This document shows positions 38,957 to 48,100 of a stretch of DNA of 64,000 bases, one piece after another (positions within the stretch are counted from its first letter, which is position 1; every line of letters begins with the position of its first letter). The DNA lies in contig JAUYJU010000027.1 in NCBI GenBank assembly GCA_030700155.1, forward strand, positions 5,954 through 69,953, written 5' to 3'. The translations under genes and the position numbers were made by a program. The DNA comes from Candidatus Nanoarchaeia archaeon. Its GTDB lineage: Archaea > Nanobdellota > Nanobdellia > SCGC-AAA011-G17 > JAUYJU01. The notes below the pieces were generated by a model. The model was not told where the DNA came from and did not search any database. It worked only from the letters and a program-made list of their open reading frames with translations.

Positions 38957-39748
38957 TTAAATTTTTGCGCGCGCCTGACGTACCCCGAGCTCCGGACCCG
39001 AACTCCGCGGATCCCAGTAGCAATCGAGGAAAGCCCTACCGGAACCCGCAACGAACCCCGCGACGCTTCCATCTCTTGGATACCAATAATATAAGTCACC
39101 TTGCTTAATATCTCTTGGAGGCAAACCTTGGATAGTTGCCCTTTCTAACCAATCATCTAAATTTATTCCTGGAGTTCTATCTTCCATTAAACATTCTTCC
39201 AATGGCTCGGAATATTTCGGTTGCGACTGTCCGTTGACAAACATATGACCATAATCAACAACTAATTCACTTCTTCTCAAAAGACCTTTGGATTGTTTTC
39301 TGAACTTTGCATCAAGCCATTCTGCCCTATAGGGGCTTCTAACTGTTAAAATTTCGTCAACAATCTTAGCCAACTTAGCACGATCTACTCTATTACCGCT
39401 AGCGTCAAAAGGTTTTCCAGTAGTTATTAAATTCAAGAAATCAACATATTGTCTTATTGTAAGCATAAAGTTTCCTTCATTATGCAAAATTTCCTGTGTT
39501 TTATGCCAATTATTATTGTGATGAACTACATTAGCAGAAACTAACAAATCAGGATAAGAATAACTGCCATAGGTTTTTCCTTCTAGAATTATATATTCTT
39601 TTTTATTTGATATGTTTGAAGCAGGGATTATTGCTGGAATTATTTTACTTTCTGGCTGAGTTTCAACTTTGGGAACTTTAGATTCTTCCAAGTACTTCTT
39701 CAATTCTGCTTCTCTGTCCTTTCCGAAAATATTATCTGGTATTTTCAT
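38957..39748 (-). CDS. DGR target protein 1 (C-terminal VR, probable CLec-type fold)
   Basis: VR at the 3' end; ends LGVRQARAKI. Confidence 0.92.
   Translation of the reverse strand: MKIPDNIFGKDREAELKKYLEESKVPKVETQPESKIIPAIIPASNISNKKEYIILEGKTYGSYSYPDLLVSANVVHHNNNWHKTQEILHNEGNFMLTIRQYVDFLNLITTGKPFDASGNRVDRAKLAKIVDEILTVRSPYRAEWLDAKFRKQSKGLLRRSELVVDYGHMFVNGQSQPKYSEPLEECLMEDRTPGINLDDWLERATIQGLPPRDIKQGDLYYWYPRDGSVAGFVAGSGRAFLDCYWDPRSSGPELGVRQARAKI
38985..39064 (-). repeat. DGR variable repeat VR1
   Basis: 16 substitutions vs TR, all at TR adenines; lacks an 18-nt TR segment. Confidence 0.95.
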
Positions 39749-41469
39749 TGCTTTGTAAACCTCTTGTAGGTATTTGTAGCTGTATTAACCATCAATTTTG
39801 AAAGTTCTTCTCCTGAACTTACGTAAAACACAGGCAGACCCATACCTTCTAAATCTTGGGTAAATCTATTTGAACCGCCAATTTGAATATGTGCAAAATA
39901 GTTTTCTTTAGCTAATTTTTCAAATTCGGACTTAGCTGAACTCCAGTTTTCTATTTCTCCGTCTGAAATAGATAAAACAAAACTCTCTCTGCCTTGCAAA
40001 GCATCAACTAATGTCCTTGCATCCAATTTTGTACCTCCCCAATCTGGAGATAAAGCTAATTTTCTTAATTGATGTATATTTTTAAAATCTGATTCTTCAT
40101 ATCTTGTGCTTGAAGAAAATAAAGCAAGTCCGTGTCCAATATACTGAGCTATTCCCTGCGCTTGTAAAAACTGTTCAATTCCATAAAAACCAAGTAAAGC
40201 ATAGTGATACTTACTATTGTCGCCCCAAGGAATAAAAGTTTGGTCTCCCTGATGCCCATTAATTCCTTCTTTCATAGTTCCTGAATTATCCAAAACAACC
40301 ATCTTAAAATCTGGGAAAGACTTTCTTTGGAATTTTGCTTTTTGAGCTATTGTTAAAGGTGTTCTTTGGTGTCCAAATGTAACTCCTTCATCATTAGCAT
40401 ATAATTTAGATTTTATTTTTCTTACGTCATCAGTTTCAGGATCAAAAGCTCTGAAATTTAATGGTGCTATTGCTAAACTTTGTTCTCTAGTCATTGCTTC
40501 AACTTCCACAGGTATTGATCTTGCTAATCTTTTATATAACAAATCTAGCTGTTCGTGTGATTCAAAATTTGGAGATAAACCATCCCCAGATTTATAACGC
40601 CCATAAGTAATTTCTTCCTTGCCTTCTTTTGCTGAAGCTTTTTCTTCCAATCCATTTCCTTCCTGTTCCTTTTCACCATTTTGATAGGCTGAAAGTCTTT
40701 CTGTTGGAGGTATTTCCAGCAAAGGTGCTAATGCAGCTGCAAATTGTGAAGCCATTTCAGGCCATTCTGATTTATTGAAAAGTTTAACTGTATCTACTTT
40801 ATCTAATGATAATTCCTTTACTACTTTATTTACAGCTTCTTCAACTTTTACAGCTTGTTCAATTTCTTTGGTATTATGTCTTTTTAATAAAGCTTTATCT
40901 GAATTATCTCCCCATAAATGCATATTTAATTTAACAAACGCTTCATAAAAAGGAGTGTAACCTTTTTGCCCTGCTCTTTTACATTGAAAACCTTCGTCGT
41001 CCCAGAATAAAACTTGTCCTGAGAAATTTCCAGTATATTCTTTACATCTTGTATTGTTAATCAAATCTTCAAAAGCATTTGCAACATAACCAGCCTGCCC
41101 TTGTTTATCTTCTGGCAGTGCTTCTTTGACTGCTTCTAAAATTAAATCATGATTATAAACATCATAAGGGCATCCAAAACCTGAATGGAAAGGCAGCTCC
41201 CAATGTCCTAATTCGTGATGCAGAATATCAGTTAATAATTGTTTTTTGCCGTCTTCAATCTTCTTTTTTCTTGCGTAAGCTTTTTGTCTTCTGTCAGTTA
41301 TTGGATTAAATCCTCTATTAATATTTAATTCAATGCTCCAGTTTCTTGGATCAATATGTGCTGAAACGTTTTTATCTGTATCATCATACTCATTTAATTT
41401 CAACGTTCCGCTAACTAGACCTATACTGTTCTTTATCCTATTTAATTCTTGAATTAAAGTCATTTTCAA
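39745..41469 (-). CDS. Zincin-like metallopeptidase + vWA domain protein
   Basis: HHELGH...NAFED; VVLDNSGTM, GGT, ISDGE (MIDAS). Confidence 0.85.
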   Translation of the reverse strand: MKMTLIQELNRIKNSIGLVSGTLKLNEYDDTDKNVSAHIDPRNWSIELNINRGFNPITDRRQKAYARKKKIEDGKKQLLTDILHHELGHWELPFHSGFGCPYDVYNHDLILEAVKEALPEDKQGQAGYVANAFEDLINNTRCKEYTGNFSGQVLFWDDEGFQCKRAGQKGYTPFYEAFVKLNMHLWGDNSDKALLKRHNTKEIEQAVKVEEAVNKVVKELSLDKVDTVKLFNKSEWPEMASQFAAALAPLLEIPPTERLSAYQNGEKEQEGNGLEEKASAKEGKEEITYGRYKSGDGLSPNFESHEQLDLLYKRLARSIPVEVEAMTREQSLAIAPLNFRAFDPETDDVRKIKSKLYANDEGVTFGHQRTPLTIAQKAKFQRKSFPDFKMVVLDNSGTMKEGINGHQGDQTFIPWGDNSKYHYALLGFYGIEQFLQAQGIAQYIGHGLALFSSSTRYEESDFKNIHQLRKLALSPDWGGTKLDARTLVDALQGRESFVLSISDGEIENWSSAKSEFEKLAKENYFAHIQIGGSNRFTQDLEGMGLPVFYVSSGEELSKLMVNTATNTYKRFTKQ

Positions 41470-42158
41470 ATTTTTGCGCGCGCCTGACGTACCCCGAGCA
41501 CCGGACCCCCGTCCCTAGATCCCGAATACCGCGGACCCCTGTCGCAATCGAGGCCAGCCCCACCGGAACCCGCATAGAACCCCGCGACAGCTCCATCTCT
41601 TGGATACCAATAATCAAAATCGCTGCCTTTTGTTGTTGGGAAGCCTTGCTTGTTGAAACTTCCTAAATCAACTTTACAATCTTCCATCAAACAAGCTTCT
41701 AAAGGTTCTTTATTTTGAGGTGCTAATTTACCATTAATTATTCTATGATTATAACTAATCTGATCTGCATTTTTTAAAGTTTTGAAAGATGCATCAAGCC
41801 ACTCTGCTCTCCACGGATCTCTTACTTCTGTTATTTCTTTGTATAATCTTTTGAAATCAGCATTTCCATTTTTTAATATTGCTAAGAAGTCAGCAAATTC
41901 TCTCAAATTAAGCATTCTTGCACCTTCTGAATTTAATGATTCATGTGCTTTGTACCAATCTTCATTAAAATGAGTTCTTTGTTTAGATACGTAGAGATTA
42001 TGATTAGGCAGATAAATATAATCTCCTTTATCAAAACCTTCTAGATTTATTTGTGGTTTAGGTTGTTCTTTAACTTCAGGCTGTCTTTTAGATTCTTCCA
42101 AGTACTTCTTTAACTCTGCTTCTCTGTCCTTTCCGAAAATATTATCTGGTATTTTCAT
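41466..42158 (-). CDS. DGR target protein 2 (paralog of target 1)
   Basis: VR at the 3' end; same N-terminal 24 aa; shared RAEWLDA, EPLE.CLMED, YWYPRDG. Confidence 0.92.
   Translation of the reverse strand: MKIPDNIFGKDREAELKKYLEESKRQPEVKEQPKPQINLEGFDKGDYIYLPNHNLYVSKQRTHFNEDWYKAHESLNSEGARMLNLREFADFLAILKNGNADFKRLYKEITEVRDPWRAEWLDASFKTLKNADQISYNHRIINGKLAPQNKEPLEACLMEDCKVDLGSFNKQGFPTTKGSDFDYWYPRDGAVAGFYAGSGGAGLDCDRGPRYSGSRDGGPVLGVRQARAKI
41494..41592 (-). repeat. DGR variable repeat VR2
   Basis: 22 substitutions vs TR, all at TR adenines, plus a 3-nt deletion in an A6 run. Confidence 0.95.
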
Positions 42159-43347
42159 CAGCTACCCTCTCGAATAAATTTTTCATGAAAGACCATCTTC
42201 CTGTAAACTCTCCAGCTAACTTCTCGCTTTTCTTGCCTTTAGCAGCTAATGCAAAAGCTGCAGCAATTTTACCTTTTCTATCATCGCTGAACTCTGTTTG
42301 AGTAGTTGTAATTACAGCGTCCATTGCTTTGTAATGATCTTCTCCATAAGTTTGTCTTACTAAAGCCTCGTTTAATATTCCTGAATAAGCTGAAATAAAT
42401 TTAAATGCTTGCATCATTGATTCAAAGTTATCAGGTGCTTCAGCGCCTTTTTCCTGAACAATCTGATCCAAAGCTTGGCTTAAAGATATAACAGCTTTTG
42501 CAGCTCTTGGTGAAACTGGCAGTATCAAAGCAGCATCTGAACCTTTTTCATGATTTTCCACAGCATTAGGCCATGCAGATTTCATTCCTATCTTGCTTTT
42601 ACCGCCGTCTAAATAATCAAGGCCGTGAATTAAATATGAAGCTATTAACAACTTATTAAATGGTACTTCAGTTTCATTTAATTTTTTGTAAGCTTCTTTT
42701 ATTTCTTCAGTCTTATCTACAGTTTCAGAACCAAAATTAACTCTAGGGTTCCTATCACCAGCAAGCATTTCAAGAGTGTCAATAGGCTGAGGTCTAAAAT
42801 AATCAGTATCTAGAACTAAATGCATTCTATCCTTTAAAGCCCTTCCTAAATCATTTGAAGACTCAGTAAATTGCTGCCCTATATTTCCTGTAGCAATACC
42901 AACTGAATATCCAGAACCAAGAGGATAAGCCTTTCCATCTATTTCTATAAATCCATCAAATAAGTTAAACAACTGAGCACGAACAGCAGGTACACAGTTA
43001 GGCAGTTCATCAACAACAGTTAAATTATAATCGATTTTATCTGTTAATTCTTTAAACTTTACAGCTCCATCTCCTTGTCCTTTCAATGCTTTCAAAAACT
43101 CAGGATTAACTTGCTGGAATAATTCTCTTGTATCCATATCATTTCTTCCTAAAATAAATAAAGACTTATCTCCAAAATAATGAACTACATCTCTTGCTAA
43201 TTGAGTTTTACCAGAACCAGTATCACCCTGTAAGAATACGTTTAATCTTCCTCTTAGAGCAGCTTCTACCATATCATGCATGTAAATTGGAACTCCATTC
43301 AGTGTAGTCAATTCAGTACTATTTCTGTAATTCTTCGGTTTGAACAT
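42142..43347 (-). CDS. MoxR-family AAA+ ATPase
   Basis: GDTGSGKT, VVDELPN, ATGN, ALKDRM, SPR; GGAGG SD. Confidence 0.88.
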   Translation of the reverse strand: MFKPKNYRNSTELTTLNGVPIYMHDMVEAALRGRLNVFLQGDTGSGKTQLARDVVHYFGDKSLFILGRNDMDTRELFQQVNPEFLKALKGQGDGAVKFKELTDKIDYNLTVVDELPNCVPAVRAQLFNLFDGFIEIDGKAYPLGSGYSVGIATGNIGQQFTESSNDLGRALKDRMHLVLDTDYFRPQPIDTLEMLAGDRNPRVNFGSETVDKTEEIKEAYKKLNETEVPFNKLLIASYLIHGLDYLDGGKSKIGMKSAWPNAVENHEKGSDAALILPVSPRAAKAVISLSQALDQIVQEKGAEAPDNFESMMQAFKFISAYSGILNEALVRQTYGEDHYKAMDAVITTTQTEFSDDRKGKIAAAFALAAKGKKSEKLAGEFTGRWSFMKNLFERVADENTR

Positions 43348-43489
43348 TTTGATCCTCCTTAATAACGCTTATTTTTACTTCTACTATTGTTTTTGGTTTA
43401 AGCTCGTCTTTTAAGAAGCTGGGAATAACTATTACAGCTTGATTTCCGTGCTTTGCTATTTTCTTTGTTATTGTGTATATTTTTGACAT
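43319..43489 (-). CDS. AbrB/MazE-like small DNA-binding protein (56 aa)
   Basis: Manually translated: MSKIYTITKKIAKHGNQAVIVIPSFLKDELKPKTIVEVKI...; first gene of the MoxR operon. Confidence 0.75.
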   Translation of the reverse strand: MSKIYTITKKIAKHGNQAVIVIPSFLKDELKPKTIVEVKISVIKEDQNVQTEELQK

Positions 43490-43617
43490 TTTTATGTATA
43501 GATTATATGTATTTTACTACTTTAAAGTGGTATATAAAGCTTTCTATAGAACTAGCTTTGCACAAGTAAAATCAAAAAGTTTATAAATATGTAACTATTA
43601 GACATTAATTGATAAAC

Positions 43618-43896
43618 ATGACACAAGTCTTAGAGCAACAAAGAGTAGCACATAGCCCAACACTAGCTACAATCCAGATGGTAGAAGAAACTATTCATGG
43701 AGCAAAAGAAGTCCTGAATATTGCAGAAATCAAACGTAGACTTCCCAAAAAAGTTAACCATAATACCCTAAAAGTAATACTTAGATATTTGCAAGAAATA
43801 GGCAAAATAGAATTTACTCCAGATGGAGTTATTTGGATTTTCGTGCCAAAAGAAGACGTAGCAGCCATACTAAGTAAAGGCCGAACATGGATTTAA
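43618..43896 (+). CDS. Winged-helix protein, putative antitoxin
   Basis: SPTLATIQMVE...LPKKV...LRYL...GKI; overlaps the downstream RelE-like gene. Confidence 0.65.
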   Translation: MTQVLEQQRVAHSPTLATIQMVEETIHGAKEVLNIAEIKRRLPKKVNHNTLKVILRYLQEIGKIEFTPDGVIWIFVPKEDVAAILSKGRTWI

Positions 43897-44261
43897 AAGA
43901 CAAACAAAAAATTGTACAGGTTATTGGAACTGCAGAAACAGCACTAACAAAATTAGAAGAAAACATTCATGCACTAGAAGCTCAAGGCAAAACGCCACCA
44001 AAATCAGATGCACAATTGTTAAGAAGTATTGAACGTGCTTTAAAAACACTTGAAGTAAATCCCTTTGTAGGAGATAATGTTGCAGGCAGATTATGGCCAA
44101 AAGAATTTCAAAATCTTCCAAATTTATTTCGACTCGAACTCTCGCAATTTTGGAGATTACTTTATTATGTTATAGGCGATGAAGTAAAAGTAATTAGTGT
44201 TGTCTTCGAAATTTGTGATCATGATTACTACAACAAACTATTTGGTTATAAAAATAAATAG
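43887..44261 (+). CDS. RelE-like toxin
   Basis: L..NPFVG...NLFRLEL..FWRLLYYV...DH..Y..LFGY. Confidence 0.7.
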   Translation: MDLKDKQKIVQVIGTAETALTKLEENIHALEAQGKTPPKSDAQLLRSIERALKTLEVNPFVGDNVAGRLWPKEFQNLPNLFRLELSQFWRLLYYVIGDEVKVISVVFEICDHDYYNKLFGYKNK

Positions 44262-44350
44262 TGCACATTCACGTGCCACCTTACCAAAAGTTATTTATAG
44301 AAGCTATGCTACAAATATATGGGTTCGCATAAGAAATCTCTCGCGAGGCA

Positions 44351-44365
44351 TGTCCCCTGCATATT
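44351..44365 (+). repeat. attR (displaced original tRNA-Leu 3' end)
   Basis: TGTCCCCTGCA pairs perfectly with the tRNA 5' strand GCAGGGG. Confidence 0.85.
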
Positions 44366-45164
44366 AATGCCTTTCTAAATAAACCACTAAAAACAATTTA
44401 TACCAAATCAAAGCACTTACAAGAATTAACAAGGCAACAGTCCAAGGTAAAACATTCATTAAACTAAAAGTACCTATAATCTTATTAGTATAAATATTAA
44501 AGAAAATAAATATAGTCGTCATAAGCAAAATAAACATGGGTATGAATAAAGGAACTAAAAATTTAGCTTTTCTAACTGAAATATTAAAAGCCCTCTTTAA
44601 AGTATTTTTTAGAGTATCATTTCTAATTGTAAATCCATAAAATACAAACAGATAATAAAATATTAAAAATGAAAATACTAAGTAACCTAAAAAAGGCATT
44701 AATTTTATTTCAAATACACTTGTAATTGAAGAAATTGTATAATAACCAACCATAAATAGTAAACCTAAAGCAATAAAACTAACAATAAAAAATCTAGTAA
44801 AATATAATTTTAAATTATTTAATTTATTAGTTAATAAAGACCAGCTAAATCCTTGAAAAACGCTCCATAAAACAATAGTCATTATTGGAATAGCCCAAAA
44901 TAATATTAAAGTTTGATTATTCAATGCTCCAATCTGATCTAAAGTTTGTTGTAATTGAGGCAAAGCTTCAGGAGACTGCTCTAATAAAGCGCCCAACTGT
45001 TGTAAAGCTGGAGATAAAGTACCTAACTTCAACATATTAGAATGGATTTTCATTCTAGCTAAAACTAAAAAAGCCAAATAAACAACTGCAAAAAGTATAT
45101 TAATCATAAATAGATTAAGAAATTTCGCTTTGAACAATTTATTTACTTTATGAAGATTACTCAT
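44364..45164 (-). CDS. Multi-pass membrane protein
   Basis: About six TM segments. Confidence 0.7.
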   Translation of the reverse strand: MSNLHKVNKLFKAKFLNLFMINILFAVVYLAFLVLARMKIHSNMLKLGTLSPALQQLGALLEQSPEALPQLQQTLDQIGALNNQTLILFWAIPIMTIVLWSVFQGFSWSLLTNKLNNLKLYFTRFFIVSFIALGLLFMVGYYTISSITSVFEIKLMPFLGYLVFSFLIFYYLFVFYGFTIRNDTLKNTLKRAFNISVRKAKFLVPLFIPMFILLMTTIFIFFNIYTNKIIGTFSLMNVLPWTVALLILVSALIWYKLFLVVYLERH

Positions 45165-48100
45165 TTTTTTCCCAAGCTACAAATTCCTTTATTAAATCAA
45201 AATATTCTTTCTCAAGATTTTTAATTATCTCAGGAGATAACTCGTTTATAAAATTATTCCCACGTCCAGGGGTAATTACTTGACTTGAAAGTTTACCATT
45301 TAAATTACTATTAAAGAACCACTTCCTATTATCCAAAGTAACTTCTAGATTAATCGAATTGCTAGGTTCATAATAGTTAACAGTAAAACTTCTGCCGCGT
45401 ATTTCAGTCTCTTCCAAGGAGTATTTAAAAATTCCAGAACCACTATGAGTTTCTGTTTTAAGTGTATCTGAATCAGCTTTTACAATTTCAATTAAATCTT
45501 CAAAAATAGCTACTTTATTTTGAATTATTATTTCATCTTCTGTAATATCATATGAATAGGATGAATCAAATTCTCCAACATCAAAAAGTAGTTCCATAAA
45601 ACCATTTAAATCTTGAACATCAGCTAAGCTAAACAACCTATTAGTTTTCGGAATCTTCAACCCAGCCAAAGGACCAGCTTTATCACCATACCTTATATTT
45701 CTTTTAGAAGCTTCTCCAACTGCTTTTAACAAATTAGACATTTTATTATTCGCATCAGAACTTTGTTTTAGATAAATTCCAACCACTTCCTCAACTAATT
45801 CAGTTTGTATTTCCGCTTCTTGTTCCTCTTCATACTGTTTCTTAAATGCTAAGAAATCTTTTTCTCCAAGATATGTTTTTGCTCTGTCTTCCACTTCAGC
45901 ATCCGGAAGATATGTCGGATCCATTACTTCTTTAGCATCTTCTTCTGTCTCTCCATACTCAGTCATTAATTTAGTGAATATAAGTTGTCTCAATGCAGTT
46001 AAATAAGCTGATTCTACTTTTGCAGTTGGAGTAGGAAGACTTGTGAGTGCAACTCCCCACCTATTATAAGTATTTCCTATTTCAAACTGAGCAACCATTA
46101 CAATATCTAAACTTAAGGATTTATCCATAACTACTTTTAAATTTTCCAGGGCAAGACTAAATTTAGATTGAGTAGTAAGCTCTTTAGCTTGTTTTATTTT
46201 GTCTATAGCAGTTTTATCATCTAAGGCATACTCACTAATAGATTTGTTCAGTCCTTCTAATTCAACTTTCTTTTGTGTTTCATATAATCCTTTATCTAAC
46301 TGTTCTCTTGAATATTCCTGTTGTAAAGCTTGTCTAGCACTTGGCTTATACAACCAGCAAGTTCCTAAATCTCTTCCATCATCATCAGTTCCACAGTTTC
46401 CAACAATTTCCCAATTAGCAGAATCAGTACCTACTCCAGGATTATCTCTTGCGCAAGTTCTTACAATACCTAACTGACCAGCACTTGGTATTCCAGGTAA
46501 AGTGCTAGCTGCAACACCTAAAGCACCAGTAGCTTGATATTCTCCTTTTATACTTCCATAATTTTCAGGAACACATTCTTTCTCTGTTCTGATTTGTTTG
46601 GCAGCTTGATTCTTAACATATTGCTCACTCAAATAATTCATTCCAAAATCAGTTGTAACTTTTCCTGGCCCACAATTTTGTTGTGTTCCATAAAGTTTAG
46701 TAGTTGTGATTATACAAATCTCTGTAAATCCTTCGGGCATTACTCTTTCTAAATTTTCACTGGAATATTCTCCAGCTTTGATTTGTCTATTCGAAACAAT
46801 TGTTATTGGATTAATCAATGGTTTTCCAGGAGCGGGTGTTCCTCTCATAAATAGGCTATAAGTTGTATCTTCATTTTCTCCTGCATAAACATGATAAAAT
46901 ATAGTATACAATGATTGCGGGAATTTATCAACATCTGAATAAGGAACCGCATCAAAGAACGCAGTAAACTGAGGAGGACTTTCAGGTCTTGATACACTGT
47001 TTAATAAATCTCCAACGCTAGGCGATTTTCCAAATATTGCTGCTTTACAAATTTCAGCACCAACTTCTCCAAATCCAGCACCAGCATAACCTGCAAACAC
47101 ATTCTTAGCATAACTCTCAGTAAAGTAACCAACAGCACCTACTGAACTATCTACAGCAGTTGAGAATGCACTATACTCTCCCCCACCAGAACTTGCTCCA
47201 GATACTTTATCTATTAATAATCCTAAAACTCCTTCTTTGGTTCCTAATAATGCTACTCCTTCTCTCCATAATATTTCACATAAGTAATAAGATCTTAATC
47301 TATCACAAATTCCAACTGATCTATCATTCAATTGAGATTCTTTCAAACATTGATTGTAACCTTGTAATATTGATTTTATGTTCTGCAATCCAGCAAGTAT
47401 TCCAGTTAAACAAACCGGCATAACTACATCTCCACCAAACACAACCCAGTTAGGCGCACACAATACTGCTGAACCAACTATTCCAGTTTCAACTACATTA
47501 TCAACCTGCCACTTTCCTCCTAAATTACATCTTGTTGGAGGACAAATTACAGGATCACAAGCATTAAACAATAATTTACAATCTTCAGCACTCATATACT
47601 CAACACAACTTGGTCCTTTAGCTATAGGCGCTGATTTAGCTACAGCATATCTTCCTAACGAACAACCAATATTTGCAGTAGTTGGAATTGCATATCCTGA
47701 TTCAACTTTTTGTCTGCTTAATTGATTATTCATTCCAGCTATGCAATTAGGTAACTGAGATAAACTTTTCTTTAAATTTTGATCATCTGTAGTAGCCTGA
47801 ACAGTATTAATATCACCAACTCTAGCATCTCCAGGACCACCCATTGGAGCATTTGCATAAGGCCTCTCATAAACATAACTTTCTTTAGAATCAATTCTTC
47901 CACCGGTGGTATACTTAACATCAGCATAGTGTCTTGAATCAAGACTTATCTTATCTAAACTACCATCATTCTTTCCCTCAGTAATTACTGTAATCTGACC
48001 TTTATGTTCCTCTTCAGCTTTAGTCTTCTTGCCATCAGCAGTTTGAAGAGCCGGATTTTTAGCTTCTACATATCCCTTTACATAATCAGCATATGCAGTA

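Larger units (their letters stand above)
34736..44365. mobile_element. tRNA-Leu-integrated element (~9.6 kb) carrying integrase, DGR, MoxR/vWA operon and TA pair
   Basis: Flanked by TGTCCCCCGCATATT (34736-34750) and TGTCCCCTGCATATT (44351-44365); integrase adjacent to attL. Confidence 0.88.

Noticed and set aside
34767-44266. GTGCAC hexamers near the island ends (34767, 36489, 36495, 44261) as integrase arm sites
   Set aside because: A few copies are expected by chance in 64 kb and one also occurs in secE; suggestive only.
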